A DNA stretch of 62,674 nucleotides, the filler included, from Phoronis australis (taxonomy: Eukaryota; Animalia; Phoronida): assembly GCA_002633005.1 (NCBI GenBank). It is 6 parts of 6 records of this genome, joined end to end, with 100 filler letters (N's around TTAATTAATTAA, not from the genome) between each part and the next. Parts side by side here need not be neighbours in the genome. Positions count along the whole stretch, not along the records: positions 1 to 25,000 come from NMRA01000516.1; 5 more parts are not named here. One strand, written 5' to 3'. Both the position numbers and the translations under genes were made by a program. How positions within the stretch are numbered: position 1 is the first letter of the stretch; each line of letters starts with the position of its first letter. The notes below the pieces were generated by a model, which saw only the letters and a list, made by a program, of their open reading frames with translations, searched no databases and was not told the DNA's origin. Positions 1 through 11,192 of the stretch are shown one piece after another.

Positions 1-385
1 TTATAGCAAATGTAGGCTCATAATTGCAGTAGGCCTATCACTTTAGTCGACTTACCTGACCGAAACGGCGAAAGTCCTTGGGCCTTGGCACAACTTCGTA
101 AAGCCTTGCGCTGACTCTTCGTCAAAGTCAACGGATGGGATCCATCCTCCAAAAACTTCTTCACGTCACTCTCACTGTTCTTGAGATCATGCATCTTTGC
201 AAAAAAAAACGTCTGGATTATTCGTGTTCGTAGCAGATAACGACTCAACTGTCTCACAGTAGCGTACAGGATTTCCACTGGGAAGAAATTTCACGCTCTC
301 AAGACCGGATGCCAACCTGGGCAATCTGCGCATGCGCAAAGTCGGATTGGGAAGAAATTTCACGGGGAAAAAATTTCACGCGACA
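1..385 (-). mobile_element. 5' end of a Ginger-like (Gypsy-integrase-type) DNA transposon
   Basis: Minus-strand terminus TGT at 385 abuts CCGG (386-389), the target typical of Ginger1. Subterminal repeats AAATTTCACG occur 3 times (~285-380). The ORF from ATG at 194 (VKKFLEDGSHPLTLTKSQRKALRSCAK) resembles the helical segment preceding the H2C2 zinc domain of GIN/Ginger integrases. A GTAAGT donor lies near 55. Confidence 0.55.
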
Positions 386-929
386 CCGGCAGTAATCCAG
401 TGCCCTGTGCCGATGCCAGCCTACGGTTTATGAATAACAAAAATGTACCTCTAATACGAAACAAAATAATGTCCATTAGGTTGAAATAAACAAAAAAAAT
501 AAAATAAAATAAAAATGTCCTTCACGAAAACAACAATTTCCGAGGACTACCGCTAGAGTGCTGAGATCCAGCAGGTGCCGAGACAAAGGCGGCCAGACGT
601 ATGAAACTCGGGAGTTAAAATCTGAGATAGCCCTACACCATAGCCACTAACCTGAAAAGTGTGTATCTTGGAACTAATATATTTGTTATCAAGCAACATC
701 GCTAAGTTCAGCTGCACGTGTGGCCGCGAGTTTGAATTTTGATCGATAGTTTACGCTTTTCAACATCATTTTTCGGCTTAGGACATGCCAAAAAATGATG
801 GGATATTATTCTGGAGCAGCATAACGGCTGTTGGTGCTACACACGTCATATCAACACCGTTTCCCATTCTTAGCGGACAATTTCTTGAGCTATAGACTAA
901 AGTAAGTTTTACTCGACTACGTGTGGTTT

Positions 930-1110
930 GTTGGGTAAAATGGCGGCTTGGAAACGCAGACTATGGTGTGCCAAGAATGCTGCGTTCTGATTGGTCAATT
1001 AAGCCGTCCGTCATAATCCTGGCGATAGGTCAATTGCGACGTAAATTAAACCGCCCATAATTCGTAGCCCCTTCGAGCGCCCCCAGAGAAATTCTCAACC
1101 AATCAGCGTA
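930..1110. promoter_or_regulatory. CpG-containing promoter-like segment (YY1-type AAAATGGCGG, CCAAT boxes)
   Basis: AAAATGGCGGC at ~937, ATTGG at ~990, CCAATC at ~1099. No gene assigned. Confidence 0.3.
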
Positions 1111-2505
1111 AAGTGGTACATATGGCCCACGAAATTTCTCCTAAGCCTCACTGCGTAGCAGCTGAGTGACATTTCTTTGACGTGGGTTAGTTAGGTCTCT
1201 GGCCTAAAGTGCCACGTTGCGTACGGATGCAGCAATGAAGCGGCCTTTTCATACATTTGTGCCCTGCATGGAATAGATTCGTATCCACGACAAGGACTGG
1301 CGGCAAAATTCCTGATCGGCAAGATCTGTTTTTAGACCTAGTTGCGAGGCTGTATACAAAATCTACAGCTTTGCGTCGATATGGGTAAAACGAATAAATA
1401 AAGTCTGAGACGAAAATAGTGTCATTAAAAGCTACACCGCTCTTCTTTGAGTAGACCTAAACCAAATTATTTATCGATGTTTGAAAAATTGGTGTTCTGC
1501 CGCTCATCTTCTGCTAAAAATGAAGCGTGCTCTTTTGAGTCAGGTTTCGGTGATTACGTGCGCGTGTCACAAGCGTAGGTACTGTTTTCAAAACGACGAC
1601 AGACTTTCTTTGTTACAAAACTCAAAAGGCGGAGAATTGTGCTAGGAAATGACGTGTATTAGATTGTTTTTCACTTAAACCATAGATTATAGTGTATGCT
1701 TAAATGGATGACAGCGGGTAAGGTGAGTGTTGGAGTTGCCTTCCAGATTTTGCGTGCACCCTGTCGGTCGTTGGCTCGGCGATATACGTTTCACGACGAG
1801 GTGACTTACAGAACTCATACCCGGCCTGTATGAAATTTCGTGGTCTAACGGAGCTCACCTCACAGTGTAGCCAGCCAGCTAGCTGTATGAAGACTGTCGT
1901 CAAAATACAGCTAGGTACCACAGTGTGTAATTCTTCCGTAGGCCCCGAAATTGCACACAGCCAGGGTAGTTCTGCTCGTCACCTCGCCGTGAAACTTATA
2001 GGCCATAGTCCCAGTTCTCCTATCTTTCACCTCCGTGGTCACTTTCTGGGGGCAACGGAAACTGTGCATTAAACCCATCTACAGATGTTCAAAAGTCAAT
2101 TTCAAAAAAGTTCCCAAGAATACACGCGCACGTTTACTTAGAATTTTAATATAAAAGTTGGAAAAATATAACCTTAACTAATGTATTCAACCACCAGGTG
2201 TCAGTGCAAAATGATCCGAACAGCCAATCAAATGCCAGAAAAATATTGTGTCCATACCTTTCCCCTTCAAAAGTCGTCTGCTTGGCATGACAACATTTAT
2301 CAGAGGTCAGTCAGCTGATGTTATCCTGCTGGCTTACCTAGATTGTTTACTGCTACTGACTACATTGGATAGTATCAATTCTTGGATGGGTGTGCAAGTA
2401 ATTGGCAATTACCAAGGACCAAGGCTCAAAAACCAGCGGGCAGCAGTTAGGAAATGAGAAAAGCCAAATCAAGTGGCCACCAGTGTCGTACTGAACATAG
2501 ACATC

Positions 2506-2800
2506 TTAAAGGAGCATGCCACCCAAAAACAACCTAATTTGTATCAATTTAGATCGAGTAGTTCTACTCCATAACGACACGTGCGGTTGCGTTACCTGAC
2601 GGCAGACGGAGGTGTTGAAATTATGCAATGACGTCATCGGTTTCACACACAGTTCGGCTGTTCAGCAGTTCACAACACGGGTTACTGGTGTCAGCTTATC
2701 GCTTGAAGTCATCGTTTAACACCAAAAAATCTTCAAACTTCGATGTAGAATCTTTAAAAATACACCGAGTTCTTATAAAAACGTGTTGTTTTATTTCGCT
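2506..2800 (+). mobile_element. Kolobok-like non-autonomous element left end (TTAA|AGG)
   Basis: TTAA followed by AGGAGCATGCCACCC, with an internal TGACGTCA. No clearly matching right TIR found. Confidence 0.3.
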
Positions 2801-3654
2801 CTTACGGATTTATTGGTATTTGGACACACCGTAGCCTACAAAGTTCGGCAGGCCAATTCAAGATCCGTAACAGGAGTTTGGGGTCTGTTCGGAGATAATT
2901 TCGAAGTAATTTCCGTGAGATACAGACAGGAGAACCTAGATCTGTGTTGTTTAGACTTGTGATTTTTTGAATTCTAAACACAAAACGCTTGTTAACCTGG
3001 CTACTGGCTCGGAGCCCGATCAGGCCCGTCGCGGCCGGCCGGCTTGACTCGTTATCCCGGTCAGTGGCTCGGAAACTGATCAGACACCACGAACATAAAC
3101 CAGCCAAAGTTCAGTGGAAACTAAACTTCCAGTCAAGAAAATACTATACTAGTGAGCCAAAGTAATGTGCACGTGATTATGTTGGCGAATTAGCCACAAA
3201 ACTGCAAATCTACTTACTCGTCGGGGGCCGCAAATTCCGAGGTTCCGCTTTGACCACAGCACCGTCAGGACAGAAGTTGTACACTGACTATCATTATTTG
3301 AGTAAATGTAAATAAAGATTCCCCTAACACCTGGCCGTGGGATGGAAATCGAGTTGTTTCACAACAGTTTCTGTCTGCAAGCACTAAATTAGCATGAGCT
3401 CACACGGCCTCGGTTTCCCGTCAATTAGTTTTATTGCACCTAAAGCCGGTAACGCAGTGATTTATTCATTGCTGGCTTCTCAAATCATTTTCACTCACGA
3501 ACACTCCAAAGGCATTGCAAATTGCATCTAATGAGACGGACTTTGTTTCAGTTTTATATAAGTATTGGTTAGGATGAGAACAATTCATTTTGAAACAAAA
3601 CGCTCAGTAATAAACGCCAACATGGCAACTCGCAATCCCCACTTAGGACGAGCT

Positions 3655-5420
3655 GCAAAAGGTACCCGCTCATCCAAAACCTTTACGGCTAACAGATGGC
3701 GCTTTTCATCAATCACGTGTCATTTTATGGCTCAAGTAAGACTGTCTGCCAAAGACGCAAAAGGTACCCGCTCATCTAAAACCTTTACGGCAAACAGATG
3801 GCGCTTCTCATCAATCACGTGTCATTTTATCGCTCAAATAAGACTGTCTGCCAGAGAATCTTAACCAAGCACCTACCCTCTGACACAGCGCCACCTATAC
3901 GTTTAGCACTGTGATAGAGTGTACCAAGCACCTTGACCTACATTCTGCTGCTGCTGACTGTAGCCACAGGTCACGAGAGTTCATGAACCAGACAGTGTAT
4001 GTCCTGATGAGTGGCGAATTTGTGTGGAAAAGAAATCTTTGTGTCCGACATTCCATGTTTAAAACCCCATTTGTAATAACTATTTATAACATATAATTAA
4101 GATGAAAGTGTTAATAATCTACGCTGTTGTGGTTGCTCGGCCTAAACGCTGGGGATAAAATATATATTCAATGAACGTGACCATGGTAAGGCTACTAAAC
4201 CGGACCCGGCCACTTTTCCGCCCGGCGAGATTTTGGTAACTCAACAACCATAATTTTAATCAGGTTGAAATATAGCCACTATATTTTTTAAATTATGCTT
4301 GAATTATATATGGTGATATACATGTTAGGTTTTATTCTCTTGCGACATTTTCTTTTTCGTTCAGTGTCTCGTTAGCCAACAACACTGAGCCCAGCAGACC
4401 GGACTGGCCGTGGCACGGCACGGCAGCTGATGGTTCACNNNNNNNNNNNNNNNNNNNNNNNNNNNNNNNNNNNNNNNNNNNNNNNNNNNNNNNNNNNNNN
4501 NNNNNNNNNNNNNNNNNNNNNNNNNNNNNNNNNNNNNNNNNNNNNNNNNNNNNNNNNNNNNNNNNNNNNNNNNNNNNNNNNNNNNNNNNNNNNNNNNNNN
4601 NNNNNNNNNNNNNNNNNNNNNNNNNNNNNNNNNNNNNNNNNNNNNNNNNNNNNNNNNNNNNNNNNNNNNNNNNNNNNNNNNNNNNNNNNNNNNNNNNNNN
4701 NNNNNNNNNNNNNNNNNNNNNNNNNNNNNNNNNNNNNNNNNNNNNNNNNNNNNNNNNNNNNNNNNNNNNNNNNNNNNNNNNNNNNNNNNNNNNNNNNNNN
4801 NNNNNNNNNNNNNNNNNNNNNNNNNNNNNNNNNNNNNNNNNNNNNNNNNNNNNNNNNNNNNNNNNNNNNNNNNNNNNNNNNNNNNNNNNNNNNNNNNNNN
4901 NNNNNNNNNNNNNNNNNNNNNNNNNNNNNNNNNNNNNNNNNNNNNNNNNNNNNNNNNNNNNNNNNNNNNNNNNNNNNNNNNNNNNNNNNNNNNNNNNNNN
5001 NNNNNNNNNNNNNNNNNNNNNNNNNNNNNNNNNNNNNNNNNNNNNNNNNNNNNNNNNNNNNNNNNNNNNNNNNNNNNNNNNNNNNNNNNNNNNNNNNNNN
5101 NNNNNNNNNNNNTTTTTAAAATTATGCTTGAATTATACATGGTGATATACATGTTAGGTTTTATTCTCTGCGATATTTTCTTTTTCGTTCAGTGTCTCGT
5201 TAGCCAACAACACTGAGCCCAGCAGACCGGACTGGCTGTGGCAAGACACGGCAGCTGACTGGTTCACCAAGTAGAAACGTCTGTATTTAATGTTCTATCA
5301 ACACAAGATTCACAAGAATGTCACATGACTGTAAGCAGCGCGGCCTGTTAGTAAAGCATCATTGCATCCAGCGCCATCTGTTAGCCGTAAAGGTTTTGGA
5401 TGAGCGGGTACCTTTTGCAT
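3655..5420. repeat. 102-bp tandem duplication (3655-3853) with an inverted ~48-bp copy at 5371-5419; MITE subterminal repeats
   Basis: GCAAAAGGTACCCGCTCATCCAAAACCTTTACGGCTAACAGATGGCGCT occurs twice on + (second copy slightly diverged) and as an exact reverse complement at 5371-5419. Confidence 0.75.
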
Positions 5421-5645
5421 TTGCCTCTGACATCTCGTTCGATTGTCAGATATCACGTGACTTTTCGCGCAGGGGCGGAGCTTGCGATAGGTCAATTGTA
5501 TGAAAGTAACAAAAACAATACTTTATTAAAATAATTGTATTTCTGGTGTCAACAGGTGCTTTGGACGCTGGAGGCTATCTTTAAGAGGAATTCATTGAGT
5601 AAAAGTCGAAGTTTAGACTAACTACCATTTAATGATTATGTAAGT

Positions 5646-6170
5646 TTAGTAGCTATTACAGGAATTGAAAGCATTAACAATTAATTGGTTTCCATGAGTG
5701 CACCAAAGAGTGAGTTTCTCGGGTATTCGATGAGAACACAATTGAAAAAAAACATGAGGATAAGATTGATGGTCACCACATTTACAGTTTGGGGAGAAAT
5801 TACTAAAGTTGTACCTAAACTTGTCGGAGTTGAGGAAAAGACCGCATCTCGATCGGTACAATGCTATTTCGTTTTCACGGGGAAGCGAGAATTGTGTCAG
5901 GGCTACTGAGTTGTCAAAATTATGAAAAACAGTTTTAAGATTGTATTTTACACTTATAAAAGAGTTGGTTTCCTTAACACAAGCTGGAAAAGAATTCCAG
6001 TTGTAGACGCACATTATAATTGCATACTTTCTGAATGCCTGACTGAACGCCGGAGGAATTGCATATGGGGCGGAAGATCTCATACCAGTATGATGGCCTT
6101 GTCTAGTATAGATCAAATAGTTTTTTGACAGAGGCATGTTGATATTGTTCAATACTTTGAAAGTAAATGG
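5646..6170 (-). mobile_element. CR1/L2-group LINE ORF2 3' fragment
   Basis: ...PACVKETNSFISVKYNLK...RCGLFLNSDKFRYNF..SPNCKCGDHQSYPHVFFQLC matches the C-terminal LN.D.F....SP.C.CG....H.F..C signature of CR1-group ORF2. Confidence 0.65.
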
Positions 6171-6502
6171 GGTCATGTGAAGACTGCGTGGAGTAAACAG
6201 TTTGGACACCTGAGACTATTCAAAACCTTAACACTACTAGGGGTCTCTGTGGCAAACTGGTTTAAAATTTAGTGAAACAGGTCCTCATACTAATTTGTAA
6301 AAGCCCTACCCAAATTGGCAATACAAAGGAATTTTTAAGATTGACATGCACCCACACACAACCGTCGCAATGAGATTCACAATGAAAGGGATTGCAAAAC
6401 GGTCAGACGCACGTCTTCTAGGAAAGAATTCGTGAGTGCAGCATACAATTCGGTTCATACATTGGAAAAGAGGATACCCACGAGAAAATGTATAGCATGA
6501 CG

Positions 6503-9208
6503 TCATGACCTATTTGAACAATATGGCATATGACTGACTAAGTCATCATAAGTACCAAATACGACGTCACAAACACCGCACACGAATCTGTGAACAGACA
6601 AAGGATGACAATTTTCAAGATGTTGTTGGAGACACTCCCCAGACGGAAATTGTAAACGGCAAATATGGCACACTTTTGTGAGCTTTACTTTTGGGACACT
6701 AGACTTGCATGAATCCGTGAAAGCGCGCAAGCGCGCGTTCAAAGCGAGGGGTACTTGTTTACCCAACGCGCCTACTGCCTTCCCACACGTTTCATTTTTC
6801 TTTGCTTGGTCGGATAAACAACGAACTAAATGCGATACCAGTGTCGGCAAAACAGTAAATCCTTTGCTGCAGTGTCCACAATAATGACGATTGGTGCAAC
6901 TTGGCTTCTTTCTAACACACGAGTGGGCTGAGGTTTTGATGTCTTTTAAAAACCAGTGACTGCATTTCCGACAATATTCAACAGATTCCTTGTAAGAGCC
7001 AGCCACACCGACAGTACCTTTAAGCAAATCTTCCAGTTCTCCCTCTCGCATTGAGCACATGGGGGACAACTTGCGCTTTTTCGCGAAACCGTGCATATTC
7101 ACTGGCTTGCTGTTAGACGCTACAAACTTCCGCTTACGCGACTGAATTCTCTTACTAATAAGTCTGCTTTCTTTTTCACTAACATCATCAACGTTGTTGG
7201 GCGAAAGTTGCTGAATTTTTGCGTATCCGTTCCGGAAAGTTCCAGGAAATCTGTCCATTGTTTTATCTATTATTGCCGAAGACGATACTGGAAATTCCAG
7301 TGCTTTTATAGATGCTAGGTTGTCAGATAATTCTGACAACTCTGGTATCATGTTTGTGAACTTAAATGATGCGATGTCTGCCGAGGATACCGACGAGTCT
7401 GTATTCTTTTTCGCGACCCTGCCATCTGCTGAAGATTTATTCGAGCATTCCAAGCCTTTTCGAGACACAAGGTCTTCAGCTGGCGAGCATTTATCCTCAT
7501 TTACGGCAACTGATCGTGTCTCATGCACCAAAGATTCAGTACATGGATCATTGGCATTCAGAGTCACCATTGGCTCTGTAGATGATGGCACTGACGCACT
7601 GCTACTGGTCATAGATTGATGCAAAGAACTGGGCACCAGAGCTGTATGGACCTGCAAATGGTGGATCACAATGCTCACTCGTTTGGCGAAGGAGAGGTTA
7701 CAAACCTTGCAAACAAACTGAGAAACCTCCTGGTGAGCCCGGCTGAAGTGCTGATTAAGACTTCTCTTTGAAGAAAATTCTATGTTACAAAGAGGACACT
7801 TATGTAACGGCACTGTGCTGTCGTTAATGGTACTTGTCGATTCTCCCACAGCATCTTTGTTCCTGTCCACTGAACTTAATTCAGTACATATTCTCTTCAG
7901 GTCCTTCTGAATCTCTTTGCTACCCATCAGTTTTCCACCAGCCTTCTCCATTTTGCCATTAGGTCCAGTTTTAGCAAACACTCTTTGCTTTTTGTTAGAC
8001 AACAAAAAACGCTTTTCTTTGCGTTTTTCATGGACTGCCAATGTTTTACGAGAATTCTTTGCAGTTTTGTCAGTTTGCAAACTCTGAAGATCATTGGCTA
8101 ACTGCTTGTAACTAGAATTTCCTCGACTTCTGACTGGACTTGCATTGTTGTTTAGTTTGACGGAATTGTTTAAAACTAGCTGGCTCTTCCTTACAACAGT
8201 TCCTTTCCTGGGGTCCAAAGCTTCAGATGTTTTGTTCTCATCCATGCGATGTAAAATGACTTGCGGTAACATAACAGCCATGGAGTGCAATGATGACTGT
8301 CTATCAGGTAAACTGACAGAAGATTTAGAGAAAGGTTCTACTTCAGTCCCAACATACTTGCCATTTCCTGGAGTTTCGTGTTCCATTTCTGGATGGATAG
8401 GATGCACCACTGGTTCTTCCACAAACTCAACCTTCTCCAATTTCACGTTTGGTGATGAGCATGTATTATCATCTATTTGCTCAAGTCTAACAATTGGTTG
8501 AATTTTGTTTGCAGATGTCTTATCTGCACTTATCTTTATTTCTGCAGGGCTTTCACTTTTGAAACTGAATACGTCCACAACATCTGCATGATTGTTTGTA
8601 GATTCCATCTCGTGTTTTATTTCAGGCCTCTTCTTCGACCCATTTGAAAAGACACCAACAGTGTGAAGCGGCAAGTCATCTTCAAAAACATCCAGATTCA
8701 GTTTAAGCCAAGATACATCATGAACTGACGTCCTAGATGTGGCCATTTCTGTGCTACCTTTGGGTGCACCAGTTGTAACGGTTGTTAAGCTTGCAGCGGG
8801 AATTACTTCCAAAGGCGATGAACTTGATTTAACCTCAGTGACTTGACAAGAATTTGCGGTTGCCATGGTTACCAAAGTACTATCCCATGAAGGTAATTGC
8901 ACGTGGGAATTGGAGAGATGCTGAACTGAGCCATGCTCAAATAACTGTACAGGATACACGGCAGACACTGGTTGATCCAAACAAGACTTGGGTTGAGCTA
9001 GCGACATTTTGGTGCACTGCTTTGAGTCCCAATGTAATTTCAAGTCCTCTTTGCATGGAAACATTTGGTTACATAAACCGCATTGCGGAGAACTTACTAT
9101 GGGCACAGCAGGACTTTTCGCCTTGCATTCCTTATATTTGCTGTGATTATGCAGAGCTTCAGAGGTGGTAAAACGCTGCTTGCAAGGATCACACGTGAAG
9201 AGGTGTGA
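6503..9208 (-). CDS. Large terminal coding exon of a multi-zinc-finger nuclear protein (8 C2H2/C2HC fingers in 4 spaced pairs; PxVxL, SUMO-type and NLS-type motifs)
   Basis: Open frame of 2706 nt starting at acceptor TTTTTCTCTTACAG|TCA (exon start 9208, phase 0). This adds SHLFTCDPCKQRFTTSEALHNHSKYKEC upstream of the listed ORF. Fingers: CDPC, CGLC, CPLC, CKVC, CRKC, CGHC, CHIC, CGVC. Basic stretches KRIQSRKRK and KKRK. Stop at 6503. Confidence 0.9.
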   Translation of the reverse strand, partial: SHLFTCDPCKQRFTTSEALHNHSKYKECKAKSPAVPIVSSPQCGLCNQMFPCKEDLKLHWDSKQCTKMSLAQPKSCLDQPVSAVYPVQLFEHGSVQHLSNSHVQLPSWDSTLVTMATANSCQVTEVKSSSSPLEVIPAASLTTVTTGAPKGSTEMATSRTSVHDVSWLKLNLDVFEDDLPLHTVGVFSNGSKKRPEIKHEMESTNNHADVVDVFSFKSESPAEIKISADKTSANKIQPIVRLEQIDDNTCSSPNVKLEKVEFVEEPVVHPIHPEMEHETPGNGKYVGTEVEPFSKSSVSLPDRQSSLHSMAVMLPQVILHRMDENKTSEALDPRKGTVVRKSQLVLNNSVKLNNNASPVRSRGNSSYKQLANDLQSLQTDKTAKNSRKTLAVHEKRKEKRFLLSNKKQRVFAKTGPNGKMEKAGGKLMGSKEIQKDLKRICTELSSVDRNKDAVGESTSTINDSTVPLHKCPLCNIEFSSKRSLNQHFSRAHQEVSQFVCKVCNLSFAKRVSIVIHHLQVHTALVPSSLHQSMTSSSASVPSSTEPMVTLNANDPCTESLVHETRSVAVNEDKCSPAEDLVSRKGLECSNKSSADGRVAKKNTDSSVSSADIASFKFTNMIPELSELSDNLASIKALEFPVSSSAIIDKTMDRFPGTFRNGYAKIQQLSPNNVDDVSEKESRLISKRIQSRKRKFVASNSKPVNMHGFAKKRKLSPMCSMREGELEDLLKGTVGVAGSYKESVEYCRKCSHWFLKDIKTSAHSCVRKKPSCTNRHYCGHCSKGFTVLPTLVSHLVRCLSDQAKKNETCGKAVGALGKQVPLALNARLRAFTDSCKSSVPKVKLTKVCHICRLQFPSGECLQQHLENCHPLSVHRFVCGVCDVVFGTYDDLVSHMPYCSNRS

Positions 9209-9725
9209 CTGTAAGAGAAAAAGCCTTAAATTATTATTGGAACATTATTTTTTTTTAAAATTTAGCATGACAATTTTGCAGTGAACTTGTATCAGCACTT
9301 TTTCTGAACTAGACACTTAATTGAGCTCAGATAGACTGACAGAGGCCCTGCAGCCTATTTTTTCACAGCGCAATTTGTTGAAAAGGTTCCCACGTGCATT
9401 GCTTATGTACAAGTACAGCTGCTTAGATACCATAACAGACATGAACGTGAAAGCTCGTCAAAAGTGTCTTTTAAACAACTCCTGACGAAAGTAGCATCTC
9501 CTATGAATTCACTTTCCCTGTGAGAAAATTTCCAGAAAAACAACCCATAAAATTCACGATTTTGAAATACGCACAAAGGAAAAACTCTGAAGTGACCACA
9601 GTTTAAATCTTCCTCCCACGTATGCACTCACATTCATTCGAAAAACAGATGACTAACAAGATGGACATTGCGATGGAAAAGGTTTTACCTTGCTTTCCGA
9701 TGTACATGATGTTAAATGGCTAAAT

Positions 9726-10310
9726 CACTTACTCAATACCTGAACTTTCGCTCAAACCACCCCATACACCACAAACGCTCAGTGGTGCGCACCCTAATCA
9801 ACAGAGCAGAGAACCATTACCCTTGATCAAGACTGCAATCAGGACACCGGCAGGTATGAGACAACCATGCATATTCATTACCTACATCAAAAATCTTTCT
9901 GAACAACTGTCACGCACCTTCAAATCACATGGGGTTAAGACATTTTTCAAACCGATCAACACCATCTGGGAAAAGCTGGTTCTCCCAAAGGACCCTAACC
10001 CCACTGACAAGAAGTCTTGCATTGTGTAACAGCTGCTGGGCAAGGAGGACTCCACCTATCAATATATGGTGGGTAATATTTACGGACTTCTCCGATGTTG
10101 ACCGAGTGGCCTCGGTTGAGTTTATTGTTTGGTTGAGTGGCNAGGGGAACACACCCTCAACACTGGGCACACCATCGACAAGTGTAACGCCAGAATCCTT
10201 GCCAGAACACTGGTACTCAAGGAAAGTCAAGGAGGCCATCTACATTAGAACCAGATGCCCCAATTTGAACAGGGATCAAGGGTAGCTCCCAGCGGTGTAC
10301 GACCTCATTC
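9726..10310 (+). mobile_element. Penelope-like retroelement fragment (RT C-terminus, linker, GIY-YIG tail), internally deleted
   Basis: QYLNFRSNHPIHHKRSVVRTLINRAE (from 9734), TYIKNLSEQLSRTFKSHGVKTFFKPINT..LVLPKDP and HWYSRKVKEAIYIR...PNLNRDQG are canonical PLE motifs. Confidence 0.85.
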
Positions 10311-10670
10311 AAAGCCAGGTCAACCTGACCTGTAGGCAATGACCATCGCCTCTGTTGGCCCGAAGCAGAGGCGATGAAAAGCCATTGCAAAGGCTATAGG
10401 CGCTCTGTACGCCGGAAGCTTTTCGGCGAATTATGCCTCGCACCGACTAAACCATCAAAGTCACATTGTTATAAATACCTTTTGCGCATAGAGGAACACC
10501 TTAGGAGGTTGTCGATGTGTTTAAGTCCTTCCAACTCGAACAAATACTCCCGTTATGAAACTTTTTCTTTGAGATGGCCAGATGAAGTTTAGTAGTTGAA
10601 GCCCAATTCACGCCGACAGGAGGCGCGTTCCAAAACGAGGCTCCCTACGATAGCTCTGTTAGCTTATCGG

Positions 10671-10817
10671 CACAGTTGTATTTCAGTCCACGTTGCTCCG
10701 CGAACGGCTAGAAAAAATACGGACACTCAACTATCTGCTTTACAATCCCTGAAGACGTTGAGATTCGGAAGCGTTGGGTCGATGCCATACGCCGCGACGA
10801 AGCAAAATATGTCCGTG
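10671..10817 (+). pseudogene. Degenerate THAP-domain exon (transposon-derived)
   Basis: Translates ..SPRCSANG*KKYGHSTICFTIPEDVEIRKRWVDAIRRDEAKYVR, followed by GTAA. This fits the THAP pattern C..C...F..P.D...R..W..AIRR but has an in-frame stop. Confidence 0.65.
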
Positions 10818-11192
10818 TAAAATTCATAAAAGTTAGAACATATGTTGCCACATCTCGGTTGCCAAACATCATAGTAGGCCTAACGACCGGAGAATAGGCC
10901 AGCCAGGCTGTGTTTTCATGACTACGGGTCGAAACATTATAATTTTTCTTTCCACAAAAGACAGGGCCCTCAATCCCTCGAATTTGGGGCTCAATATCGG
11001 CCCTATTCCGCTCTCAAAAATATTGAAATATCACGCGAAATTCCCCCCACGAGGCATAAAATAGTCCCCTAGTGAAAAATTCTCTCCGAGTTCACATCAC
11101 CTGTAACCACACAGTTGACAATTTTTAAGAGCACGAAAGGCTACTTTAAATTGAGACAGAGCCTATGAGAGCTTGCAACAGGGCGAGGGTGC

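Noticed and set aside
4361-5152. Long ORFs 4361-5152 and 4430-5119 (also 45165-46091 and 18322-18570)
   Set aside because: They consist of N gaps translated as X.
4285-5270. ~155-bp direct repeat either side of the first gap, resembling LTRs
   Set aside because: Copies abut the gap and lack TG..CA ends and a PBS. This is an unmerged contig or haplotype overlap.
6678-9171. Plus-strand ORFs overlapping the zinc-finger exon
   Set aside because: Antisense shadows of the real coding frame.
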